Positions 38,235-51,720 of a DNA stretch of 64,000 nt are shown piece after piece. The stretch comes from Octopus vulgaris (Eukaryota): contig OX597830.1 of assembly GCA_951406725.2 (NCBI GenBank), positions 24,428,001 to 24,492,000 on the forward strand. The letters run 5' to 3'. The translations under genes and the position numbers were made by a program. Below the pieces are notes generated by a model. That model was not told where the DNA came from, searched no databases, and saw only the letters and a program-made list of their open reading frames with translations. Numbering within the stretch: the stretch's first letter is position 1; each line of letters starts with the position of its first letter.

Positions 38235-38914
38235 AAACGGCAATAAAGATATAAAAGGCTATGTTGATCTCGGTGAGATTTGCACTCAGAACGTAAGAAG
38301 TTGGAAACACAATGAAAAAATTATTATTTCCACCATAGACACAATGCCAGAATTTTCAAAGAAAGTACAGGCAATTACATTGGAATCAGTAATTGACTGC
38401 TACTTTATTTTATAGACTCCGTAAGGATAAAAATCAAAATTAACTATGGTGGGATTTGAACTTGGAACGTAAAGAGCAAGAAATATGACACAAAATAATG
38501 TTTATTTGTTTATTTCATAAAGCTTTGCCTTGGTGAAAATGAATTATAAACGGTGCCTGAATACACCGACAAACACACAAATTAGAATGTTCCAGCAAGG
38601 TTTAACATTTTAAAAAATGCTTTAGAAACTTACAATTACCAATTCTGCAACAAAAATTGGATGGAGCTCACGACGGAAGATTAGCCACAACGAGCATGGG
38701 ATTTTTTTTTTTTTTTAAATGAAAGAATTGCTTACGTTTTAACCAGTTGACTACAAACATCGCTTTGATGTTTGATGTTTGCATTATGCAACATCTGGAT
38801 ATATTTTTTTTCAACTTCTGCACCTGCTAGAAATGGGAAACCTGAGCTTACAACAGACTCGTATTTCTTTCTAAATGAATGTCGTTGGTCTGTCGTATGG
38901 GTTCGTGCAGGCAA

Positions 38915-39190
38915 TCCCAACATGCGGCGTATGTTTGCCAAGTTTATACCCCGTCTGCTGACCACTCAACAGAAAGAACATTGCGTCGAAGCCTGTGAAG
39001 ATCTTCGTTAGCCGCTGATGACCCATCCATCATGTCGACGATCATCACCGATGACGAGAGTTGGATCTACGGGTACGATCCTGAGACGAAGTAAAAGTCG
39101 TCACAATGGAAGAGCCCTTCATCTACACAACCGAAGATGGCACGATAGTGCCGCAACTTAATGAAGAGCTGGGGTTTTTTTCTCCGACAT
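38915..39190 (+). pseudogene. Mariner transposase central fragment
   Basis: AKFIPRLLTTQQKEHCVEACEDL...IITDDESWIYGYDPETK*KSSQWKSPSS (variants of WVPHEL and TGDE). Confidence 0.85.
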
Positions 39191-40975
39191 CTGCGGTATT
39201 GCAATTTATTAGCAAACGACTATTCCTTCATTGCAAACGAGTGGAGCCTACCTCTGAACATGCGAAACGTGAAAACTTTTGTCCCCTAGCATTGTTAAAA
39301 GTTCTGATAACTGTCAATTCTCTACACCAATATGTAGTCGCTTCAGATAGATATATATCAGTCTATCACCTTAATATTCCATCACATTTGTTCACCTCTA
39401 CATATCTTTTTTTTTTTTTATTTATCATATATAGCGAAAATGCTGTGTAAACGGAACCGACATTGACTTGGATTCTTTCTTTTAAACTGTACTCTTTGAA
39501 GGGGAATTACATTGTTCTCTTCAATTTCTTCCTCCCGCTGCGGAACCATTGAGCAGACCGTTAATTTAACTCGTCGATGACTTGCTAAATCTGTTGAAAA
39601 GGTGCTCTAGTTTACTAAACGAAATCTACCCGTACAGTCATGCAAGCTTTTCATTCATTTTCCTGCTTACTATCTCGCATAAGTAATCGAATAGAAAACC
39701 AGTTAACCTTTGCTTCTGCTGTAAAACTCTTAAATTCATTGCTTACGTCTTATCTGGATTGAATACTTCCCGCTTGGAAGGTTTGGGGGGGGGGGTTAAA
39801 ATTCCTTTCAGTGTCTTGTGTACACTTCTCGGAAGGGCCTTGTTTAAAGCGTAACTAAATATGACATACCCGAGAGACTTTTATCACATGTCGATATCGC
39901 TAAATTTGAAACTAACAAAACATGAGCCCTTGAACTATAAACTCAGTTGTCGAGTGCGTATTTTAACATTTTATCTTGCTAAATATATTTTCGGCGGTTA
40001 GCACACTTAGAGACTGCCTGATAACCCAACAAAAATTTTATATGCCATTGACTGTCACTAAAATTGCCCTGCATTCCATCCGTTGGTTTCGTATCCTGGC
40101 GCTGCTCTCAGATAAATACAACCGTACAGAAGCAATTTCACTCTTTCAGAAGTAGTAACTAAAAGTATGTATTACAACTTTTTTCTCATTCAAAAGTTTA
40201 TTCATTCAGTCACTGTTTTGCCGTCGAGCATTGTTGCCATTAACTCTACATGGTCACCCAAAGGAAATGATAGATGGTGCGAAGTGAGGTCGAGCCCCAG
40301 GCGTATTTCTTAACCATACAGCCATGACTTCGCCTATGAAGACACAAAATAATTGTCTAAACACGGGCACAAGGTATCAGCCGGAGCTGATAACTAATTC
40401 ACTAATTATTTAATAAAGGACGTAATAAAAAAAATAGCAGCTACCTCCCTTTCAATTCATACACTAGTCTTAAATAGCAAACGAAATGGTCCCATATGTC
40501 TCCCTCCAAAAGGACTGGAAGGACTTAATATTCCTTTATCTAGGTTAACCCGTGTATAAACTCTGAAGCCTCTGGAAGATCCTTCAATTCTCCCTGGTTT
40601 TTAAATCCAGAAGTGATCCATTGGAAACTTTAGTCCTCTTAAATACTCCTAACAACAACCTTGTTGTCGGTGCTGAGTTAGCTTTTGCGTTTGCTCAAAG
40701 CCGAAACTAAACAGTACCTTATTAGTCTTTATTGCATTCTGTCTCTGATTTTTTTTTTAGGTAATTCTTGGTCTCATTGTCAATTATTTATGACAGCTTG
40801 TTTCTAAAGATCTTTTTGGACAGATTAATTTGGTTGTTTCAAACCAATAAGGCACTCGCTTCAACTACCAGAGATGTTTCACCTATTTAAAGAAGCATCG
40901 AATATATAATTCACTACCACAGCTCTAACGAAAGAGAATCTGCAGTGTGGTTTGGCCAATTAGAAATGGATAACT

Positions 40976-41300
40976 AGTACTACTAGTGAACAGTGGTCCC
41001 GGTGCGCGCCCACGCGCATCCGCGCTAGCTAGTCGTAAGTAGTCGATCCTACGACTTGCGCGTACGTTTGTATTTCAAGGCTGAATACATATCAAAGAAA
41101 ATTAACTAATATTTTTCGAACAAAGTAAATAAAACGCAAAGTAAATCATTCTTTAAACTAAGTAAATCATTTTTATAAACAAACTAAGGTTAGGGTTGAA
41201 AATAAACTAGGGTTAATGTTAAAAAGTCGTTGTAGGATCGACTACTTACGACTAGCTAGCGCGAGTGCGCGCACCGGGACCACTGTTCGCTAGTAGTACC
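40976..41300. mobile_element. MITE with ~75-bp GC-rich TIRs, internal GGTTAGGG motifs and an imperfect 9-bp TSD
   Basis: GTACTACTAGTGAACAGTGGTCCCGGTGCGCGC...GATCCTAC is inverted at the right end; flanks TGGATAACT and TGGATGAAT. Confidence 0.8.
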
Positions 41301-42019
41301 TGGATGAATATCCCTTAAATAAACACTGGATAAAGTTCTTTCAAATTTTCTGAAAAAAATAGGATGGTTATTGGCTGGAACGCTTTGTTGTTTGCTCAGG
41401 ATAAATCTATGCCTAAACAACTGACACGGTTTCATCTAGTGTAAAGTTTAAAAAAAATTTTAATTTCATTGTAATTCAACTAAATTATCCTGATGGATTT
41501 GAAACTGCGCCAGCACCAACCACTTGTTTCAAGGTCTAACTTCATTGCAATTTATCTAAATTATCCGGATGGAATTGAAACTGTTCCAGTGCCAACCACT
41601 TGTCACTAACAGCATATTTTAATTTAATGATGATGGATTTCCAGTAGGTCTAGCGAAAAGCAAAATAAATCCACTCTGATATATTCTTTGAATCACGAGG
41701 TAAATTTCGACGTTCCTCTGCGTTAAGGGATGATTACAGTAAAATCTATGGCTGCTTGAATTTGTAATATTGAATTCTCTTCAGATTTTTCGTCATTTTT
41801 CCAGCTTTTTCTTTTTGTTCCTGTCAAAGATAGTAGAATCGACCACCTGTTAATATTTTTCTTTGCATTCCAGTAGCTAACACACTTATGTTAACTCTTT
41901 GCCTACTCTATGTATCACATGCCATACACACTACATTTCCCTGGTGGTCGTGTATCACACACATTCTGAATTTTATTTCACTCACCAAAGTAACCTGAGA
42001 CTTAAAGGAAAGCTTTATA

Positions 42020-42325
42020 TTATGTGGCTGGGTGGTAAGAAGTTTGATTCCCAATCACGTGGTACCTTGGGCAAATATCTATGGCCTCGGGCTGAACAGT
42101 CTTGAGAGTGGATTTGGTAGACGGAAACTGAAAGCCTGTCATTTATGTGCATCTGTCACTCACCACCTTGACAACCGATGTTAGTGTGTTTACGTCCCTG
42201 TAACTTAGAGGTTCGCAAAAGAGACCTAGAATAAGCACCAGGCTTACAAAGTCCTTAGATCGATTTGTTTGACTAAAAGCGGTGCTCCAGCGTGGCTGAA
42301 GTCAAATGACTGAAACGAGAAAGAA
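42020..42325 (+). mobile_element. SINE family A, diverged and shortened
   Basis: Core GGTACCTTGGGCAAAT and tail GCGGTGCTCCAGC...GACTGAAAC. Confidence 0.8.
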
Positions 42326-42389
42326 TTACTTTGAACGTATGAAACAAAAGCTAACTGGAACTCTGAAAACAAACGTTTTGGGCAAAATT

Positions 42390-43130
42390 ATGGAATGCTT
42401 CGAACAGGCAAAGGGTTAGATTTTTTATTCAGCATCGTTTCATTACTGATTGCTAGGAATGAAGCCAAAGACCAGTTTCGGGGTTGGAAATGAACCGGCA
42501 TTCGTAAACTAAATCTCAAACTTTTCTCATTTTCAGCATGAAAAATTGACAACCGTGGGACACTGTTTTGACTCTGGCTGCTTTTATGAAGGTATATATT
42601 TTTCGTCATACACTTTGTCGGTGGGAAGTGGATGCTCCGGCTTCATTAGCTTCCTGCCGGCAGTATAGACTATGTAGTTCATAATTCTTTGGAAATTAAT
42701 ATTCCAATCAAATGAGTCGCTATTGTTAGATTTATAGACACGGATATAGATGTTAAGTTCTCTTCGAAACCATGTTTCACGTTCAATTCTATTGTAGGGC
42801 AACTTGGAGTCTTCTACCGTTGCCTCAGATTTAACAAATCCTTGAGTAACATTTAGTAAACGGCCGAATGTGCGAGTGTAACTTTGAGAACGTTGCGTTT
42901 ATCTTTACTCGTATCACTATGCGGCCCCTTGTCAAGCGCTGACTTAGCCTATCCAATAAAGTTCTGGAATGAAAAGTGCTAAGGTCAGCGTCATTGCAAG
43001 GCTTCAATATGTAGCTGTGGTTCAGTGACTGAAACCGGTATAAGCGAAGTGTTGCATAAATGAAATGGTTTCTCTCGTGCATAATAACCAGATAGGATTT
43101 ACCTCGGCAGAAGTTTACTACTTTGTCAAG
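42390..43130 (-). pseudogene. Possible decayed Polinton/Maverick major capsid gene fragment
   Basis: Three adjacent same-strand ORF pieces. Motifs LPYNRIERETW, INFQRIMNYIVYTAGRKLMKPEHPLPTD...YI and FEI*FTNA...LVFG occur in the order I recall for Maverick MCP; by-eye resemblance only. Confidence 0.35.
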
Positions 43131-43719
43131 TGCTGATTGATTTGGTTGATGGATACTTAAATATTTATATTGTAGTTGTCACGACGTGTGTTTGAGTTAG
43201 GTTTTTATACGATTAAATCGAAAATTTAATGGAAACTCGAAACATTGACACGATGTTATTGAAAGTTATGAATTTAGATATAAAAATAGAAGCAAAGTCT
43301 AAATTATGGAATTTCTGCTGTTTATGCTCTTAAATATTATTTTCAGTGGTCAAATTGAACGACTGATTTTCTTTTCTGTTGGAAAATTATCGAAGATGGA
43401 AGAAAACACGAAACCTATCCTGGATCTAATTTGACTTCCTGTTGATTCCATGCGAACCCAAAGACTGTTATTGCATCGGTTATATTTGAGTTTTATTCAA
43501 ATTTAACTAATTCTCAAGGTCAAGCGAGGAAAGCAGAATAGATGAATTTATCTCGAACTTTGTATGCGAAATTGAACTGGTCTGTAGAATTTTTATAATT
43601 TCATGAAGTTTGATGCCTAAATGATGCTTTTTGCTTTCATCGTCATCCGACAGATATTGTGCAAACCTATCGTTGAGTAATTTAAATGTTTTTTAGTGGA
43701 ACAAAAAAACTTCCTGCAA

Positions 43720-45870
43720 AGTCGTTTGCAACCTCGTTTCAATTTTGCAGTGTTATTTTTTTTATTTTTTTTATAACCTACCTTAGGTCGTATTATTCCA
43801 TTTACAAAAATTGTTCGTTACAGTTCAGTTTTGAAGTGTTTATTTTCCTGAAGGCGATGAAAACATTGAATATTTCTTTTATAAATACCAAAATCGGCGT
43901 CTCGTCCTTCATTCTGCATGACTATTTAAATTTTTTTAAAAACTTATTCCTAGTCAATAATTTTGACTTTCTGCAATTGTCTATTAACGAAGCTTTCATT
44001 AAACGCTCTAAAATTTCCAATGTAATGGAATTAGAGATTGCAATTCTAAATAGTGCAACAGCTATCTCACGAAAGGGTATTTCTGAAAAAAAGCTTTCTG
44101 GCAGGAGTTTTTTTCTTTTTTCTTCATTCTACCTTTTTAATGCTTCTGTGTAAGTTAATGACAACGACGTTTTGGCAGCACCATAAGTGAATATGGGATA
44201 TTCTACTAGTCCGGGAATTTCTTGGGACCTAATAAAATCCTGCGTGTCTTGGGTTTCAGCTTCTATCTCACTGATTGGCACTTTGAGCAAGTGTCTTTTG
44301 CAATTACTTTGTCCAAAAGTCAAATTTAGAAGATGGCAACTATAAACCCTGCAGGAGGTATTCTTGTACCTTGCTGAGTATCTGCCGTCCTCTCTAGTAC
44401 TACTCCTTGCAGTTCTTGGTTACCTTTAGTGGAGTTATCTTTGTTGCGAGCAATTATTCAGTGCCTGACTTTCTCACGAAATTGAGCAATTTCAACGTTT
44501 TTAGTTGGGCGAAACATTCCCTGCTAAGTCGTTTGCGACCTGATTTCAATTTTGTAGTTTTACTATCTTCTTGGGTCGTATTTGATTTATAAAAATTGCT
44601 CGTTACAATTCTAAGTTTTGAAGTGTTTTTTTTTTCCTGAAGGCGATAAAAATATTGCTTAATCTTTATAAATGTCAAAATTATTGGCGTTTCATGCTTC
44701 GTTCTGCATGATTTTTTTTATTAATTTCAATTCAATAATTTTGCATTGCTGCAATTGTCTAGAAATATTTTAGAACGCTTAATGAACGCTTCCTTAATAA
44801 AGAAATGGAATTAACTATTGCAACAGCTATCTCACGAAAGGGTATTTCTGAAAAAGCTTTCTTGTGGGAGTTTTTTTTTTCATTCTACCTTTTTAACGCT
44901 TGTCTTTATGTTAATGACAACGACGTTTTTGGTAACACCTAAGACTGAATAGGGGGATATTCTACTAGTCCGAGAATTTCTTGGGACTTAATAAAATCCT
45001 GCGTGTCTTGAGTTTCAGCTTCTATCCCACTGATTGGCACCTTGAGCAAGTGTCTTTTGCAATTACTTTGTCCAAAACAGTCAAATTTAGATGATGGCAA
45101 CTATAAACCCTGCAGGAGGTATTCTTGTACCTTGCTGAGTATCTGCCGTCCTCTCTAGTACCACTTCTTGTGGTTCTTGGTTACCTTTAGTGGAGTTAAC
45201 TTTGTTGTGAGCAATTATTCAGTGCCTGATCATCTCACAAAATTGAGCAATTTCAACGTTTTTAGTTGGGCGAAACATTCCCTGCTAAGTCGTTTGCGAC
45301 CTGATTTCAATTTTGTAGTTTTACTATCTTCTTGGGTCGTATTTAATTTATAAAAATTGCTCGTTACAATTCTATGTTTTGAAGTGCTTATTTTCCTGAA
45401 GGCGATAGAAATATTGCTTATTTTTTATAAATATCAAAATTAGTTTCCTGCTTCGTTCGGCATGATTTTTAAAAAATTCCTAGTCAATAATTTCGACTTC
45501 TTGCAATTCTAAATATTGCAACAGCTATCTCACGAAAGGGTATTTCTGAGACTTTTATTTATTTTTTTTTTGTGGAGTTGGGGTGAGATTCTTTTAGTTT
45601 TCATTGTAACTTTTGAAAACTTATAAAGTAATGACAGCGAAACTTTGACAGGACCTAAGAGTGAATGAGATATATTGTACTAGTCCAGAAATTTCTTGGA
45701 ACCTAATAAAATCCCTCATGCCCTCCGGGTTTCAGCTTCTATCCCACTGACCGGCACTTTAAGCAAGTACCTCCTGCAATAACTTCGAGTCCTTGTGGTT
45801 CTTGGTTCGCTTTAGTAGAGTTAACTTTATTGCGAGCAATCATCCAGTGCCTGATGATCTCACGAACTTG
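43720..45870. repeat. Tandem triplication of a ~770-bp unit (third copy shorter)
   Basis: TTTTCCTGAAGGCGAT at ~43844, ~44633 and ~45391; CAGTGCCTGA at ~44459, ~45220 and ~45845. Confidence 0.9.
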
Positions 45871-48800
45871 AAAATATTAATTTGGGGCTTTTATACAGCG
45901 TGTCTCTAACACTGATCAGTTTAACTCTCCTGTTTGAGAGTAATTTCGTCCGTCTAGTCAAGTGAGTTGTCTCTGAAGAGGGTATGGGTCTTTATTCTTA
46001 GTCTTTTTTTTTTAACTACAAGCACTGAAGCAATCGCGTTTCACTACACGATCACTAATTAATCTCTTGTCCTGGAATGGGATATCGACAAGATTCTAAT
46101 TCTTGATTAGCTGACATTTCGTGACAATCGCTGCATTAACAATGCTAGATAATTCTATCTGTAACTAGGTAAACCGCTACCTCAAATGCCTTTTAAAATC
46201 TCTTCATTCTCCAATGCTGTTTACATTACCTGGCAAACTTTTCTTTGACAGAAAACTATTTTCTAGAGTCTTTAAAACACTTAAATTGTAACTTCGTAAT
46301 GCGTTAAGTTTTTCTGAAATATAGTTTGTCATTTCATTTTAACTTCTATCGCGTCAGTTGTATAGTTAAGGATTTGCATATTTCTTAATATTTTAAATTT
46401 GATAGTTATGCTTCCTTTATCTGGACTCTTTCAAGATATTCTTTTGGCGATGGTGACGAATTCTCCGCCGCATATTCTGTCAGCAGTTTAATTCTCTTAA
46501 ATATATTAACTCAAAACTGTTTTGTTTGCGATTTAAGTTTAGGCTTTTACCATAGAAAAACAGACGAGAAAATGTAAAATATATTTATACAAGAATTAAA
46601 TGTAGTCTTCTAAATCACTTCATTAGCAATATGGTAGAAAAGAAAATTACAGTGGCAGAAATACACGTATTTTACAAACGGGCATTAAATTTGCTTCATA
46701 TTTTAAGTTATTGAAAAAAATCTATAAATCCAGAATCAGTAAATTTGAAGCAAGTTACGAAAAATACAGTCCAAAGACTGGGAGAAAATTAAACAATTTG
46801 GTATAAGTGTGACGCTCAGAAAATGAGGGAAGGGAGGAAATGTCATTAACATTTCGGATATTTACTCTTCTAAAAAATTGGATAAAGAGAAAGAGAAAGG
46901 GAAATTGGAACGCACTTGGGTCCGATCGATAGTCTGAGCAGGTGAAATTTATCCCTGGGGGGGGGGTTTACCTAATTCACTGTATAAGATGAAGTCGGGC
47001 TCAACCTTACATTTTTCTGCATTTTAGTTTGTTAAAGAAATACAAGTAACATTTGGTTTTTGTCTTCCTTTAACATGAGCAGTTGTTTTAAAAAAAACTG
47101 AACTTGTACATATTATTTCGAAATCTTTATCGGTTTTTCCTTTTCGTAGTAAAAACAAAAACCCATTCTTTTGACTACTCCGTTTAAATTTCTTTACAGT
47201 ACTCTTTTATTTGGAGTTTGTCCGTGCCTGTATTTGTCCAGAAGTTGTATTCATTCGAAGATGGTCATCGTCGAATTCAGTGGACAACCATAAGAAATGA
47301 AATACTTTCATACTGTTTCATTAGCTTGCAGTGCTGAGTTCGAATTTCACAAGGTTTCTCAACTACAGACTGGTTTTGATAACAGATCTTTCAGTCAGCT
47401 GATTTCAGTCCTTGGCGTTTCCATTACGTTCTGGATCCTCATTAAATTACTGGTTAGTCACTAATATTTAATTTGCATTGGCAGTGTATTACCAAAGAGT
47501 TGAATTAAATATCTTGTACTTGGTTACGCCTCCTATTGAGGTCAAATTTCCGAAATTAACTCTCATTTTTCTAAGAGTCGATAAAATAAAGTACCAATCA
47601 ATTACTAGGAATCGGAAAAAAATCGATTTCATCATTCCCATCCCTAAATGAAGGGCTTGTGACTTGGGTGCTCCTGTGTTGAGTAGAGCATGAGGCAGTC
47701 AAAGTAGTCCAGCAGGATAAGTTAGCAGCCCTCTTAATGCATCGTTTACGACTGCTGCCATATTTTTACATATTAGACTATATTTCATAGCTTGGAGATT
47801 TTCCTGGAGCAGGGTGCTAACCTGGAGCCCACCACTTGCATTTAAGAAAGACTAAGTGGAACTGTCTGACTGCTAGCAGAGGCCCACGAAGTATCATGAC
47901 TAGCTTTCAGTCTTGAGTCCTATCTCATGTCTTGATACATGGTCTTGAGGCTCCTCGGCTGTGGTTGCAGCACCTCTACCCGCCTAGTGGTGCTGTCAAC
48001 CCCAACATCTCATGCTTTATATCGTCAGCTGGTGCGATGTACCGGAATGTGGCACTCTGAGTCAGCACACGAGATTTAGTGGGTGAGTGAGAGCCAGGTA
48101 TGCCCATCCACCTCACCAGGTAGGGAGTAGCGTGATGGGCACCAAAGGTACTAGCTCTTCCCAGAGCCCCATCTCCGGACCTGTGCCTATAGTTTATTTC
48201 AATATTTAACCATTTTGTATGAGTGTGATAATTCTTCACCTCTTTTGTATTCCTATAAGGATTAAATTTAAACAATTTTCATATTGTAACTGACTTGTTA
48301 TACCACTTTTTCATTGCACTTTCTTAAATACAGATGCTCAGCAGATGTCACATTGTTGTGTATTGGTTCTTAACACAACGTTCTATTTAATATTTCTGAT
48401 TATTTGGAATCGGAGGGCTAGACTAAATATTTTGCTGTATTTAGTTTCGTTTAGAACTCTGAGGTGAAGTTCCCTTATCTTTCCGGAGTCGAGTATTTCA
48501 AACGAAGCATATGCCAGGTAAATAGAGAGGTAGGAACAGATGTCTTACTGTTGGGAGATAGCTGGTTACCCCAGTTCAAAAAGATGGCGGGGAAACTGTC
48601 AGGGCAGACTTTAGTTACAGGAACATGAAAGTGGTTCGGGTGATTCAAATATCGATGCCAATAAAAAATTCATTACTCTGACTCGCCCTCGTATATACAT
48701 GCGTAGATCTATATACGTTATTGTTTGTCAAGTTACATGTAAAGATAATTTAACATTAAACTGAAAGGTTACCCAGTACTTTCTAGAATACATTAAACTA

Positions 48801-48939
48801 TTACAAGGAAAAGTTTGTCTGATTTAGAAGTTTCACCTTGCTTGCCTTCGTCAGTGCCAAAGATGAGCAAGCTGAAATTTCAAATGTCTTAATTTTCCTG
48901 GTAAAAATTTTAACGGGCCTGCCTGCCTGCCTGTATGTC

Positions 48940-49145
48940 TATCATTTAATGTCTGTTTTCCATGCTGGCTTGTGGTGGATAGTTTTGGAGGAGCTAGAGC
49001 TGCACCAGGCTCCAGTGTCTGCTTTGGCATAGTTTCTGCCACTGGGTACTACCCTTCCGCATGCCAGCCACTTTAGAATATATTGGGTGCTTTTTTTACA
49101 TAGCACCAGCACCACTGGGGTCACAAAGCAACTTGCAAGACAAAG
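48940..49145 (-). mobile_element. Decayed RTE-tailed SINE or RTE 3' end
   Basis: Minus strand ends CCAGCATGGAAAACAGACATTAAATGAT, an RTE-type tail. Confidence 0.5.
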
Positions 49146-49184
49146 ACTTCTCTGATGAGAATGCATGTGTGTAAATGTATGTAC

Positions 49185-50945
49185 ATTCAAGTGAACGAAC
49201 CAGTGGACTTCTTTGCCGCCTCACCTATAACCAGCGAGGCGGTTACAATAGAATGTATTGACGTTAGCGAAAAAGATGTCCTACTAGCCATAGATGAAGT
49301 TGACACACTCAGCTGCTGGTCCAGATGGTTTCCCAGCCATCCTCCTCAAAGCGTGTAAGCATGCCCTGGCAAAACCCCTCAAGATTCTCTTCCAGAACTT
49401 TCTTGCGAATGGCAAACTGCCAAGCAAGCTGAAGGAGGGAATAATATGCCCAATACATAAAGGGGGAAGTAGAGCAGATGCCAAAAACTATAAGCCTATC
49501 TCTCTGACTTCACACATCAGCAAAGTCATGGAAAGGATAGTCAGAAACTAATCGCATTCCTTGAGGAAAATAACTTGCTGAGTGATACCCAGCATGGTTT
49601 TCGACCAGGTAGGAGCTGCCTGACCCAGCTCTTACAGCATTATGACTGAGTGTTGAGGCAGTTACTCAACAAATCAAATGTGGACGTAATCTACCTTGAT
49701 TTTGCAAAAGCTTTTGACAAGGTGGATCATGGTATGATATGCCACAAACTGCGTGACCTCGGCATAGCTGGAAAACTTGGTGTGGTTGCATGACTTCCTG
49801 AAAGATAGGAGTCAGGCAGTAGTGGTTAATGGAGCCACCTCTATGAACACACAAATAGTGAGCGGTGTTCCACAGGGCACTGTCTTGGGACCACTGCTTT
49901 TTATAGTGGCCCTCTCAAATATGCCCGGATAGCCACTCTGGCCAGCTATGCAGACGATACGAAAGTCTCGCAGAAAATACAGAACCCCAGCGATGTTGCA
50001 CACCTGCAGCAGGAGTTGGACTCAATCTACAGATGGGCTGAGGATAATAATATGCAGTTTAATGCTGAAAAATTCCAGGCCCTGCGCTACCAGCATCCAA
50101 AACTGAATATTAAACTTACAGGATACACCGATCCACAGGGAATTTCAATCCCAGAGACTGTCTGTGAGGGACCTGGGTATCGACATGAGTGATGATACCT
50201 CTTTCCTAGTGCACATTACCAGGATGGCGACAAAGTGCAGATGACTGGCTGGGTGGATCCTAAGAACATTCAGAACCAGAGATAAGGAAACCATGATGGT
50301 CCTCTGGCGGACATTCGTCCTCAGCTGCCTGGATTACTGCTCACAGCTATGGTCACCCACCAGTGTAAAATTAACAGCGGACCTTGAAGCAATACAGAGA
50401 AGATTCACAAAGAAGATCGTCTTTTTGCAACAGCTCAGCTACTGGGAAAGGTTGAAACAGCTAAGACTCTACTCCCTGGAGAGAAGACGGGAGAGGTATG
50501 CAGTAATATATGTCTGGAAGATCCTGGAAGGAATTGTGCCAAATTTTGGCCTTGTAAGCTACACCCTTGTAAGCTACACCAATGCTAGAACGGGACGACA
50601 CTGCATAGTGCCAAAGATCCCAGCAATGCCATCACGCTTCAAGACCAGCTTCTACAACAGCCTGGGTTTCAAGAGCCCACAGCTTTTTAATATTCTCCCA
50701 AAGAGTCTGAGGAACTTGCATAAAGTAGATGTAGCGGTTTTTAAATCAAAGCTGGACATCTTCCTGTCGAGAGTCCCAGATGAACCTACCTCACGGCAAG
50801 AGGTGCAAATGATAGTAGCTATATCAAACTCCACTTTTCACCAAGTGCCACATATTAGACGAGGTTCTTCGTAATAACAGTGTAGCTCAAAACGGCGATG
50901 CATCAGCATGGCCGCAGCTCTGAGCTGAAACTAGAGAGAAAAAAA
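49185..50945 (+). mobile_element. CR1-group LINE, 5'-truncated, RT pseudogene with frameshifts and stops
   Basis: AAGPDGFP, PIHKGG...NYKPISLTS, QHGFRPGRSCLTQL, YLDFAKAFDKVDH, GVPQGTVLGPLLF, YADDTK, LDYCSQLWSP, SYWERLKQLRLYSLERRRER; short 3' UTR. Confidence 0.93.
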
Positions 50946-51665
50946 TATATATATATATATATAATGCGCGCAACTGCTTTCCTAACTAGCAGACATTTTC
51001 AATGGTTAGCATATCTTTAATTTCCAACCTAGTACGATTGAATCAATCAAACCAGCTATTAGCCCTTCAACTGCTGGGTAAAGACCTTTCTCTTATCTCT
51101 ACCTTCGATGCGACTCGGGTGTCAAACCTTCATACTTCAAAAAGTTAAAAGTAACTTTTTGTATGTAAATGTGAAGAGGTGAATGATACAGCTTAGAAAT
51201 ATGGTCAATATAGCTTCAGTTCTGTATCCTATATTAGTGATATTGATGCTTTCATTATCACGCCTTCAGTTCATATCTGCTAAATATCGTAAATAAAAGA
51301 ATGCAATGATATTGAGCAAGTTATTGGATTTATTGTGTTACTCTGTTTACTTAATGTCAAAGTATTTTAAAACTTATATCGATTTTTGTATGCGAAATGT
51401 TATAAAGATTTTATACGTAACGAAGCGTTCACTGAAAACATGAGAATCGAGACTTCCAAATTGTCTTTATAACAATTTATTCTACTCGGATACAGGAGTG
51501 TGCGTTCGTTCGCACGTGTTGGTTGTGGGTGTAATTTAGATATTTCTTCATATGCACAAAGGGCAGCTTCATCTTTTTCCGTGCATTATTCTCGGATGAA
51601 TTTAGAATAGTTAGCCACTTTTCGAAGGATTCCTTTAAGAAATTTTATTTCAAGAGAAATATGTA

Positions 51666-51720
<55 letters not shown>

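Noticed and set aside
40251-40378. Duplicated segment ending AAG|GTA as a duplicated exon
   Set aside because: No convincing acceptor or conserved frame, and GGCACAAGG also matches the reversed family B SINE tail.
43686-44153. 155-aa ORF in the triplicated unit
   Set aside because: Composition typical of AT-rich non-coding DNA; the frame is not kept in the other two copies.
47690-48190. GC-richer block with a 99-aa ORF
   Set aside because: No recognisable domain or splice structure; probably a retroelement UTR remnant, but I cannot support a call.
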